Source: Eledone cirrhosa (Eukaryota). From it: a DNA stretch of 64,000 nt. Each line of letters begins with the position of its first letter. Position 1 is the first letter of the stretch. The translations under genes were made by a program, and so were the position numbers. Positions 14,221 to 25,800 of this stretch are shown here, piece by piece. The stretch is from NCBI GenBank assembly GCA_964016885.1, contig OZ024750.1:39122001-39186000 (forward strand), in the 5' to 3' direction. The notes beneath the pieces were generated by a model. It was not told where the DNA came from. It worked only from the letters and a program-made list of their open reading frames with translations, and made no database searches.

Positions 14221-14420
14221 TCCCAGGTTCAATAGGGGGTAACCACAGTAAGTAAGGTACTCAATACATTAGTAGGTGTATACAACAACATTTAATATAG
14301 AAATGGCTTAAACAGAACTATAACTGTTTCATTCGAAGGAAATCATTAGGAAAAACCCTGATGATTTCCTTCGAATGAAACAGTTCTAGTCCTGTAGAAG
14401 TCATTTCTATACTAAATTTT
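14221..14420. mobile_element. Penelope-like pLTR remnant forming an imperfect palindrome (about 14291-14417) with a hammerhead core
   Basis: aactgtttcattcgaaggaaatca ... tgatttccttcgaatgaaacagtt inverted arms, flanked by microsatellite. Same family at 43240-43292 and 50660-50708. Confidence 0.7.
14358..14400 (+). ncRNA. Hammerhead ribozyme core (5' strand of stem I lost at the inversion point)
   Basis: CTGATGA-t-ttc-cttc-gaa-t-GAA-ACAG-ttctagtc-CTGT-A-gaag: conserved core, stems II and III, GUA cleavage triplet. Confidence 0.7.
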
Positions 14421-14437
14421 CTTTTATATATATATAT

Positions 14438-14870
14438 AGGAACCAGTAAGACCCCGACGGCTGAGCTCAAGCCGTTTCGACGGCTAATTCTGGACTAAAA
14501 GGAACCAGGTGGACCATAACGCACCAAAGTACTCAATACTTGGGGTAGTAGAGTGGGTAATAGAACCAGTAAGACCCCGACGGCTGAGCTCAAGCTGTTT
14601 CGACGGCTAATTCTGGAATTAGTCCATAACGCACCAAAGTACTCAATACTTGGGGTAGTAGAGTGGGTAATAGGAACCAGTAAGACCCCGACGGCTGAGC
14701 TCAAGCCGTTTCGACGGCTAATTCTGGAATTAGTCCAGAATTAGCCGTCGAAACGGCTTGAGCTCAGCCGTCGGAGTCTTACTGGTTCCTATTACCCACT
14801 CTACTACCCCAAGTATTGAGTACTTTGGTGCGTTATGGTCCACCTGGTTCCTTACCACATTTCCTTCGTT
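14438..14870. mobile_element. Penelope-like remnant: tandem plus inverted pLTR-like copies in (TA)n, with a hammerhead 3' half
   Basis: Direct repeats at 14438-14730, then a near-perfect palindrome 14624-14838 centred at 14731. GAA-ACGGCT-tgagctc-AGCCGT-C at 14750-14772. Related pieces at 36702-36762, 52545-52590 and 54684-54757. Confidence 0.7.
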
Positions 14871-15094
14871 ATATATATATATATATATATAAACATATTT
14901 AAGTTGTAAGTTTTCTTGTCTCCTTTCTAACTAAATTCCAACATCTTAATTCAATTGGATATAAACTATGTTTGACCTAATTATAAATATATTAATTTTG
15001 ACAACTTTGCTTTATTCAATTATACTAATGTAGATGTTTATATCTTATATATTACTACACCTCTTAGGTAAGGAATTTAGGAAATTACTCACTT

Positions 15095-17975
15095 TGATTC
15101 AGACCCAAACTTCTACCTGAATTCTCAAGAGAGCTTTGGCCCGGGCAAACATACCCCCAATTTTGGAACCGTCTGGGTTATCCAGAATTGATAGGAAAAG
15201 ATCTGATGACCTTACTCTGTGCCCCTGGTCGAGAAGCAGATGTCTTGTCTGGGACGTCACAGTTAGTGACTCTTTTGCTTCTTCCCACATCCTGGATGCT
15301 GCGGTTAGGGCAAGAGCCACACTTCCGCAGCCCAGCGGAACAAAATCCTAAAATGCCGTGATCTGTCGCCTAACTACATTTTCTAACCTATGGCGTTTGA
15401 GATGTGTGGGGGAATCGGGTTACTGACTGCGAGATTCATATCTTCACTGGCGGCTCGCCTAACCGAGGTAACTGGTGAAGCTCGTGAGGGCGCTTGGTTA
15501 TTCCAGCACCTCAGCCTCGCCATCCTCCTAGATAATGATGCAAGCGTGCTGGCTTGCCTAAAAAATCATTAGATAGGTTTTTCAGTGCTCTTCGCGATAT
15601 TGTTATCTTTGACTGTGGTAGCGGCTCAGTTGTCCACCCTTTTTGCCTGCCTTTCGTTGTATGTGGTCCCAGATGTGTGTTTTACTTGCTTATGTGTTGC
15701 ATGTGGTCCTAGATGTGTGTTTTACTTGCTTATGTGTTGCATGTGGTCCTAGATGTGTGTATTACTTGCTTGTGTGTTGTATGTGGTCCTAGATGTATGT
15801 ATTACCTGCTTGTGTGTTGTATGTGGTCCTAGATGTGTGTATTACTTGCTTGTGTGTTGTATGTGGTCCTAGATGTATGTATTACCTGCTTGTGTGTTGT
15901 ATGTGGTCCTAGATGTGTGTATTACTTGCTTGTGTGTTGTATATGGTCCCAGGATGTATGTATTACCTGCTGGTGTGTTGTATGTGGTCACAGATGTATG
16001 TATTACTTGCTTGTGTGTTGTATGTGGTCCTAGATGTAAGTATTACCTGCTTGTGTGTTGTATGTGGTCCTAGATGTGTGTATTACTTGCTTGTGTGTTG
16101 TATGTGGTCCTAGATGTATGTATTACCTGCTGGTGTGTTGTATGTGGTCCTAGATGTATGTATTACCTGCTTGTGTGTTGTATGTGGTCCTAGATGTGTG
16201 TATTACTTTCTTGTGTGTTGTATGTGGTCCTAGATGTATGTATTACCTGCTGGTGTGTTGTATGTGGTCCCAGATGTATGTATTACCTGCTTGTGTGTTG
16301 TATGTGGTCACAGATGTATGTATTACTTGCTTGTGTGTTGTATGTGGTCGTAGATGTAAGTATTACCTGCTTGTGTGTTGTATGTGGTCCTAGATGTGTG
16401 TATTACTTGCTTGTGTGTTGTATGTGGTCCTAGATGTATGTATTACCTGCTGGTGTGTTGTATGTGGTCCTAGATGTATGTATTACCTGCTTGTGTGTTG
16501 TATGTGGTCCTAGATGTGTGTATTACTTTCTTGTGTGTTGTATGTGGTCCTAGATGTATGTATTACCTGCTTGTGTGTTGTATGTGGTCCTAGATGTGTG
16601 TATTACCTGCTTGTATTTTATATGTGTGTATTACCTGCTTGTGTGTTGTATGTGGTCCTAGATGTATGTATTACCTGCTTGTGTGTTGTATGTGGTCCTA
16701 GATATATGTATTACCTGCTTGTGTGTTGTATGTGGTCCTAGATGTGTGTATTACTTGCTTGTGTGTTTTATGTGGTCCTAGATGTATGTATTACCTAGTT
16801 GTGTGTTGTATCTGGTCCCAGATGTATGCATTACCTGCTTGTGTGTTGTATGTGGTCCTAGATGTATGTATTACCTGCTTGTGTGTTGTATGTGGTCCCA
16901 GATGTATGCATTACCTGCTTGTGTGTTGTATGTGGTCCTAGATGTATGTATTACCTGCTTGTGTGTTGTATGTGGCCCGAGATGTATGTATTACCTGCTT
17001 GTGTGTTGTATGTGGTCCTAGATGTGTGTATTACCTGGTTATGTGTTCTATGTGGTCCCAGATGTGTATATTACCTGCTTGTGTGTTGTATGTAGTCCGA
17101 GATGTGTGTATTACCTGCTTGTGTGTTGTATGTGGTCCCAGATGTATGCATTACCTGCTTGTGTGTTGTATGTGGTCCTAGATGTATGTATTACCTGCTT
17201 GTGTGTTGTATGTGGCCCGAGATGTATGTATTACCTGCTTGTGTGTTGTATGTGGTCCTAGATGTGTGTATTACCTGGTTATGTGTTCTATGTGGTCCCA
17301 GATGTGTATATTACCTGCTTGTGTGTTGTATGTGGTCCAAGATGTGTGTATTACCTGCTTGTGTGTTGTATGTGGTCCCAGATGTATGCATTACCTGCTT
17401 GTGTGTTGTATGTGGTCCTAGATGTATGTATTACCTGCTTGTGTGTTGTATGTGGCCCGAGATGTATGTATTACCTGCTTGTGTGTTGTATGTGGTCCTA
17501 GATGTGTGTATTACCTGGTTATGTGTTCTATGTGGTCCCAGATGTGTATATTACCTGCTTGTGTGTTGTATGTAGTCCGAGATGTGTGTATTACCTGCTT
17601 GTGTGTTGTATGTGGTCCCAGATGTATGTATTACCTGCTTGTGTGTTGTAAGTGGTCATAGATGTGTGTATTACCTGGTTATGTGTTCTATGTGGTCCCA
17701 GATGTGTGTATTACCTGCTTGTGTGTTGTATGTGGTCTTAGATGTGTGTATTACCTGGTTGTGTGTTGTATGTGGTCCTAGATGTGTGTATTACCTGCTT
17801 GTGTGTTGTATGTGGTCCGAGATGTGTGTGCTAACTGCTTCTGTGTTCTTTCTTTTTTTCTTCTTTGTTTTCCTTTCTTTTTTTTCTGTTTTCTCTATCC
17901 ATTTCCTTTATATTATATTTGTTTGTGCTTTCGGTCTGGAAGCATTGTATTATACAACAGTGAATAAATAATGTA
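15095..17975 (+). mobile_element. CRE-like non-LTR retrotransposon 3' end, copy B: decayed RLE domain, 3' UTR and AATAAA
   Basis: ILKRALARANIPPILEPSGLSRIDRKRSDDLTLCPWSRSRCLVWDVTVSDSFASSH (frameshift) ...AFEMCGGIGLLTARFISSLAARLTEVTGEAREGAWLFQHLSLAILLDNDASVLACL* fits the CRE-clade C-terminus (LEPxGLxRxDGKRPDGLTLxPW...WDVT...QRLSxAxxRGNAASVL). AATAAA at 17963-17968. Confidence 0.9.
15656..17830 (+). repeat. 40-bp minisatellite in the 3' UTR of CRE copy B (about 54 units)
   Basis: Unit GTTGTATGTGGTCCTAGATGT(G/A)TGTATTACCTGCTTGTGT; a 240-bp (6-unit) higher-order repeat occurs about three times at 16981-17700. Confidence 0.97.
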
Positions 17976-18208
17976 TTTATGCAGAAAGAGTGAGTCATAA
18001 GCATGTATTCATAACATGTACGTCGATACATAGAGACGGAATCTTGTTCCTTTTAACATTTTAACGACAAAATAAAAATATTGTAATTTTATCTAAGTTT
18101 AACAATGGCAAAGATAGTATCCTGGTAATATGGCTTCTGAAGTCAGATCTGAAGACTAAAGGGGCACAACTAAGTCAGAGAAGCTACTATATATATATAT
18201 ATATATAT

Positions 18209-18556
18209 TTCGTTTCTGAATTTGTTTAGCAAGATTCTTTATCTGAAATCGTGTGTTGAAACCGATATTGTTATACTTTGGGAGGGTCATGTTGCCAATA
18301 AGAAACACACGCACCAGTTGCTTTCACTTCAATTTATTATATATTTATAAATTTACAAATTTATAAATTTCTGGTTGGTTGGTTGGTTCCACAAACAGAT
18401 AGTTGTTTATATAAACAACTATCTGGTTGTGGAACCAACCAACCAACCAGAAATTTATAAATTTGTAAATTTATAAATATATAATAAATTGAAGTGAAAG
18501 CAACTGGTGCGTGTGTTTCTTATTGGCAACATGACCCTCCCAAAGTATAACAATAT
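18209..18556. mobile_element. Near-perfect palindrome (146-bp arms, 18265-18556) with a one-sided tail, inserted in (TA)n
   Basis: Centre 18410/18411 (agttgtttat|ataaacaact), no spacer, one mismatch seen. Left arm has an unpaired extension 18209-18264. Architecture resembles the other PLE-like remnants but no ribozyme core was found. Confidence 0.75.
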
Positions 18557-18689
18557 ATATATATATATACAGGGCATGTATGTATATAATATATAGTATA
18601 TATATATATATATATATATATATACTCATACACATGTACATGTGTGTGTGTATATATATATATGTATGTATATATATATATATATATAT

Positions 18690-18852
18690 ACGATATTAAT
18701 AAATGGAAAGTATATTTATAAAACCATATTTATTTTTATAAATATAGTTTCCATTTATTAATATCGTATTTTTACTCCAAATATTTGTTGAGTGCTTTAT
18801 ATCAATTATAAAAATATTTGCTTGTTGTATCCCAACAATTTAAATAGAACTT

Positions 18853-18856
<4 letters not shown>
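18690..18856. mobile_element. Short fold-back copy of the family at 42288-42820
   Basis: acgatattaataaatggaaa...tttccatttattaatatcgt followed by the same tail (...tgtatcccaacaatttaaatagaacttt) as 42733-42818. Confidence 0.8.
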
Positions 18857-18890
<34 letters not shown>

Positions 18891-18894
<4 letters not shown>

Positions 18895-19160
18895 TAAACG
18901 GAATAGAAAATGCTGACAAATTGTTCACAGTTGAAAAATGGTTTAATTAGGAATAAAAGAGTATTAGTGATTGTATGGGTTAGTATTCAGATGTGGTTTT
19001 AAGTTTTTAAAACTTAAAACCACAACTGAATACTAACCCATACAATCACTAATACTCTTTTATTCCTAATTAAACCATTTTTCAACTGTGAACAATTTGT
19101 CAGCATTTTCTATTCCGTTCACCAATATATAATAACTTGTGTGTTACACCTCTATTCTTT

Positions 19161-19165
<5 letters not shown>
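18891..19165. mobile_element. Near-perfect palindrome (about 117-bp arms, 18891-19125) plus tail, in (TA)n
   Basis: Centre at 19008 (aagtttt-t-aaaactt); a single-arm copy of the same family lies at about 52195-52297. Confidence 0.75.
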
Positions 19166-19214
<49 letters not shown>

Positions 19215-19223
19215 TATATATTA

Positions 19224-19333
<110 letters not shown>

Positions 19334-19372
19334 TCACACATTGATACCTATTTATACATTATTGTCACATAT

Positions 19373-19712
19373 GGAGGCACATGGCTTAGTGGTTAGAGCA
19401 TTGGCCTTGCAATCGAAAGGTTGTGAGTTCAATTCTCAGACCGGGTGATGTGTTGTTTCCTTGAGCAAGACACTTTATTTCACATTGCTCCAGTTTACTC
19501 AGCTGTAGAAATGAGATGATAGGGACTGGGGTCCATATCATTCCACTGCAAAGTGGATGTGGAGGTGCCACGGCAAAAAAGCACCCAGCACTCACTGTAA
19601 ATGAGGTTGGTGTTAGGAAGGGCATCCAGCTGTAGAAATCAAGCCAGAATCAGTTCCCGTCCCACCCTTGCAAGCAGGGAAAAGCGGACGTAAAAAATGA
19701 AATGATGATGAA
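19373..19712 (+). mobile_element. tRNA-derived SINE with Pol III A/B boxes and (GAT)n tail
   Basis: A box TGGCTTAGTGG (19382), B box GAGTTCAATTC (19425); head nearly identical to 62918-63085; body gttggtgttaggaagggcatccagctgtagaaa; tail gatgatg. Confidence 0.85.
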
Positions 19713-19755
19713 AATGATATATATATATATATATACATATTATATATATATACAT

Positions 19756-19798
<43 letters not shown>

Positions 19799-19859
19799 GT
19801 CCTTAACACCTAAATGATTGATACAGCCTATTTCTATTCGTATTATATCTCACTAGTCT

Positions 19860-22800
19860 ATAAATTTTATTCTCAGTTGTATAAATAACATTACAAATGT
19901 ATAACATTAGAAATGTCTAAAAAACATTATAAATTGCTGGCAATCCGTTTAGAAGAACATTAGAAATATAATGTCGTTGGAAAACACAATATAAACACAT
20001 AAAAGAGGGAAAAAAGAAGGGAAAGGGGGGAAGCAAAAACAAAATCGATCATCAATTGACCACCAAGTGCGACAGTTGGCGGCACATCACATCATAAGGG
20101 TTAACTAAACCCATTGAGGTAAGCCAACACGCTCACCATATTGTCACCGGTGATGAGACAACCAGGTACCCTCATGGACATCACCTGACACCTCAGTAAA
20201 GTGAGGTTAAGGCACTGAAACAACCTGGTACCCTAATGGACATCACCTGACACCTCAGTAAGGTGAGGCTAAGGCACTGAAACAACCTGGTACCCTAATG
20301 GACATCACCTGACACCTCAGTAAGGTGAGGCTAAGGCACTGAAACAACCTGGTATCCTCATGGACATCACCTGACACCTCAGTAAGGTGAGGCTAAGGCA
20401 CTAAAACAACCAGGTACCCTCATGGACATCATCTGACACCTCAGTAAGGTGAGGCTAAGGTGTTGAGACAACCTGGTACCCTCATGGACATCACCTGACA
20501 CCTCAGTAAGGTGAGGCTAAGGCACTGAAACAACCAGGTATCCTCATGGACATCACCTGACACCTCAGTAAGGTGAGGTTAAGGCACTGAAACAACCAGG
20601 TACCCTAATGGACATCACCTGACACCTCAGTAAGGTGAGGCTAAGGCACTGAAACAACCTGGTACCCTCATGGACATCACCTGACACCTCAGTAAGGTGA
20701 GGCTAAGGCACTGAAACAACAAGGTACCCTAATGGACATCACCTGACACATCAGTAAGGTGAGGTTAAGGTGTTGAAACAACCTGGTACCCTCATGGTCA
20801 TCACCTGACGTCTCAGTAAGGTGAGGTTAAGGCACTGAAACAACCAGTTACCCTCATGGACATCACCTGACACGTCAGTAAGGTGAGGCTAAGGCACTGA
20901 AACAACCTGGTACCCTCATGGACATCACCTGACACCTCAGTAAGGTGAGGTTAAGGCATTGAATCAACCAGGTACCCTAATGGACATCACCTGACACCTC
21001 AGTAAGGTGAGGTTAAGGCACTGAAACAACCAGGTACCCTAATGGACATCACCTGACACCTCAGTAAGGTGAGGCTAAGGCACTGAAACAACCAGGTACC
21101 CTAATGGACATCACCTGGCACCTTAGTAAGGTGAGGCTAAGGCACTGAAACAACCAGGTACCCTAATGGACATCACCTGACACCTCAGTAAGGTGAGGCT
21201 AAGGCACTGAAACAACCAGGTACCCTAATGGACATCACCTGACACCTCAGTAAGGTGAGGCTAAGGCACTGAAACAACCATGTACCCTAATGGACATCAC
21301 CTGACACCTCAGTAAGGTGAGGCTAAGGCACTGAAACAACCAGGTACCCTAATGGACATCACCTGACAGCTCAGTAAGGTGAGGTTAAGGCACTGAAACA
21401 ACCAGGTACCCTAATGGACATCACCTGACACCTCAGTAAGGTGAGGCTAAGGCACTGAAACAACCAGGTACCCTAATGGACATCACCTGACACGTCAGTA
21501 AGGTGAGGCTAAGGCACTGAAACAACCTGGTACCCTAATGGACATCACCTGACACCTCAGTAAGGTGAGGCTAAGGCACTGAAACAACCAGGTACCCTAA
21601 TGGACATCACCTGACACGTCAGTAAGGTGAGGCTAAGGCACTGAAACAACCAGGTACCCTCATGGACATCACCTGACACCTCAGTAAGGTGAGGCTAAGG
21701 CACTGAAACAACCTGGTACCCTCATGGACATCACCTGACACCTCAGTAAGGTGAGGCTAAGGCACTGAAACAACCTGGTACCCTCATGGACATCACCTGA
21801 CACCTCAGTAAGATGAGGTTAAGGCACTGAAACAACCAGGTACCCTAATGGACATCACCTGACACATCAGTAAGGTGAGGTTAAGGCATTGAATCAACCA
21901 GGTACCCTAATGGACATCACCTGACACCTCAGTAAGGTGAGGTTAAGGCACTGAAACAACCAGGTACCCTAATGGACATCACCTGACACCTCAGTAAGGT
22001 GAGGCTAAGGCACTGAAACAACCAGGTACCCTAATGGACATCACCTGACACCTCAGTAAGGTGAGGCTAAGGCACTGAAACAACCAGGTACCCTAATGGA
22101 CATCACCTGACACCTCAGTAAGGTGAGGCTAAGGCACTGAAACAACCAGGTACCCTAATGGACATCACCTGACACCTCAGTAAGGTGAGGCTAAGGCACT
22201 GAAACAACCAGGTACCCTAATGGACATCACCTGACACGTCAGTAAGGTGAGGCTAAGGCACTGAAACAACCTGGTACCCTAATGGACATCACCTGACACC
22301 TCAGTAAGGTGAGGCTAAGGCACTGAAACAACCAGGTACCCTAATGGACATCACCTGACACATCAGTAAGGTGAGGCTAAGGCACTGAAACAACCAGGTA
22401 CCCTCATGGACATCACCTGACACCTCAGTAAGGTGAGGCTAAGGCACTGAAACAACCTGGTACCCTCATGGACATCATCTGACACCTCAGTAAGGTGAGG
22501 CTAAGGCACTGAAACAACCTGGTACCCTCATGGACATCACCTGACACCTCAGTAAGGTGAGGTTAAGGCACTGAAACAACCGGGTACTCTAATGGACATC
22601 ACCTGACACCTCAGTAAGGTGAGGCTAAGGCACTGAAACAACCAGGTACCCTAATGGACATCACCTGACACCTCAGTAAGGTGAGGTTAAGGCACTGAAA
22701 CAACCAGGTACCCTAATGGACATCACCTGACACATCAGTAAGGTGAGGCTAAGGCACTGAAACAACCAGGTACCCTAATGGACATCACCTGACACCTCAG

Positions 22801-25800
22801 TAAGGTGAGGCTAAGGCACTGAAACAACCAGGTACCCTAATGGACATCACCTGACACGTCAGTAAAGTGAGGCTAAGGCACTGAAACAACCTGGTACCCT
22901 AATGGACATCACCTGACACCTCAGTAAGGTGAGGCTAAGGCACTGAAACAACCAGGTACCCTAATGGACATCACCTGACACGTCAGTAAGGTGAGGCTAA
23001 GGCACTGAAACAACCAGGTACCCTCATGGACATCACCTGACACCTCAGTAAGGTGAGGCTAAGGCACTGAAACAACCTGGTACCCTCATGGACATCACCT
23101 GACACCTCAGTAAGGTGAGATTAAGGTAGTGAAACAACCAGGTACCCTAATGGACATCACCTGACATCTCAGTAAGGTGAGGTTAAGGTACTGAAACAAC
23201 CTGGTACCCTAATGGACATCACCTGACACCTCAGTAAGGTGAGGCTAAGGCACTGAAACAACCTGGTACCCTCATGGACATCACCTGACACCTCAGTAAG
23301 GTGAGGTTAAGGCATTGAATCAACCAGGTACCCTAATGGACATCACCTGACACCTCAGTAAGGTGAGGTTAAGGCATTGAATCAACCAGGTACCCTAATG
23401 GACATCACCTGACACCTCAGTAAGGTGAGCTTAAGGCACTGAAACAACCAGGTACCCTAATGGACATCACCTGACACCTCAGTAAGGTGAGGCTAAGGCA
23501 CTGAAACAACCAGGTACCCTAATGGACATCACCTGACACCTCAGTAAGGTGAGGCTAAGGCACTGAAACAACCAGGTACCCTAATGGACATCACCTGACA
23601 CCTCAGTAAGGTGAGGCTAAGGCACTGAAACAACCAGGTACCCTAATGGACATCACCTGACACCTCAGTAAGGTGAGGCTAAGGCACTGAAACAACCAGG
23701 TACCCTAATGGACATCACCTGACACCTCAGTAAGGTGAGGCTAAGGCACTGAAACAACCATGTACCCTAATGGACATCACCTGACACCTCAGTAAGGTGA
23801 GGCTAAGGCACTGAAACAACCAGGTACCCTAATGGACATCACCTGACAGCTCAGTAAGGTGAGGCTAAGGCACTGAAACAACCAGGTACCCTAATGGACA
23901 TCACCTGACACGTCAGTAAGGTGAGGCTAAGGCACTGAAACAACCAGGTACCCTAATGGACATCACCTGACACCTCAGTAAGGTGAGGCTAAGGCACTGA
24001 AACAACCAGGTACCCTAATGGACATCACCTGACACCTCAGTAAGGTGAGGCTAAGGCACTGAAACAACCAGGTACCCTAATGGACATCACCTGACACCTC
24101 AGTAAGGTGAGGCTAAGGCACTGAAACAACCAGGTACCCTCATGGACATCACCTGACACCTCAGTAAGGTGAGGCTAAGGCACTGAAACAACCTGGTACC
24201 CTCATGGACATCACCTGACACCTCAGTAAGGTGAGGCTAAGGCACTGAAACAACCTGGTACTCTCATGGACATCACCTGACACCTCAGTAAGGTGAGGTT
24301 AAGGCACTGAAACAACCAGGTACCCTAATGGACATCACCTGGCACCTCAGTAAGGTGAGGTTAAGGCATTGAAACAACCTGGTACCCTAATGGACATCAC
24401 CTGACACATCAGTAAGGTGAGGTTAAGGCATTGAATCAACCAGGTACCCTAATGGACATCACCTGATACCTCAGTAAGGTGAGCTTAAGGCACTGAAACA
24501 ACCAGGTACCCTAATGGACATCACCTGACACCTCAGTAAGGTGAGGCTAAGGCACTGAAACAACCAGGTACCCTAATGGACATCACCTGACACCTCAGTA
24601 AGGTGAGGCTAAGGCACTGAAACAACCAGGTACCCTAATGGACATCACCTGACACCTCAGTAAGGTGAGGCTAAGGCACTGAAACAACCAGGTACCCTAA
24701 TGGACATCACCTGACACCTCAGTAAGGTGAGGCTAAGGAACTGAAACAACCAGGTACCCTAATGGACATCACCTGACACGTCAGTAAGGTGAGGCTAAGG
24801 CACTGAAACAACCTGGTACCCTAATGGACATCACCTGACACCTCAGTAAGGTGAGGCTAAGGCACTGAAACAACCAGGTACCCTAATGGACATCACCTGA
24901 CACATCAGTAAGGTGAGGCTAAGGCACTGAAACAACCAGGTACCCTCATGGACATCACCTGACACCTCAGTAAGGTGAGGCTAAGGCACTGAAACAACCA
25001 GGTACCCCAATGGACATCACCTGACACCTCAGTAAGGTGAGGTTAAGGCACTGAAACAACCAGGTACCCTAATGGACATCACCTGACACCTCAGTAAGGT
25101 GAGGCTAAGGCACTGAAACAACCAGGTACCCTAATGGACATCACCTGACACCTCAGTAAGGTGAGGCTAAGGCACTGAAACAACCAGGTACCCTAATGGA
25201 CATCACCTGACACCTCAGTAAGGTGAGGCTAAGGCACTGAAACAACCAGGTACCCTAATGGACATCACCTGACACCTCAGTAAGGTGAGGCTAAGGCACT
25301 GAAACAACCAGGTACCCTAATGGACATCACCTGACACCTCAGTAAGGTGAGGCTAAGGCACTGAAACAACCAGGTACCCTAATGGACATCACCTGACACC
25401 TCAGTAAGGTGAGGCTAAGGCACTGAAACAACCAGGTACCCTAATGGACATCACCTGACACGTCAGTAAGGTGAGGCTAAGGCACTGAAACAACCAGGTA
25501 CCCTAATGGACATCACCTGACATGTCAGTAAGGTGAGGCTAAGGCACTGAAACAACCAGGTACCCTCATGGACATCACCTGACACCTCAGTAAGGTGAGG
25601 CTAAGGCACTGAAACAACCTGGTACCCTCATGGACATCACCTGACACCTCAGTAAGGTGAGGCTAAGGCACTGAAACAACCTGGTACCCTAATGGACATC
25701 ACCTGACACCTCAGTAAGGTGAGGCTAAGGCACTGAAACAACCTGGTACCCTAATGGACATCACCTGACACCTCAGTAAGGTGAGGCTAAGGCACTGAAA

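Noticed and set aside
8972-17975. Single Foldback/Galileo-type DNA transposon with modular TIRs
   Set aside because: Outer ends are diverged LINE 3' UTRs with AATAAA, inner flanks encode CRE RLE remnants, and no TSD or transposase was seen.
19373-19445. tRNA genes here and at 62918
   Set aside because: A/B boxes run into SINE bodies; no complete cloverleaf.
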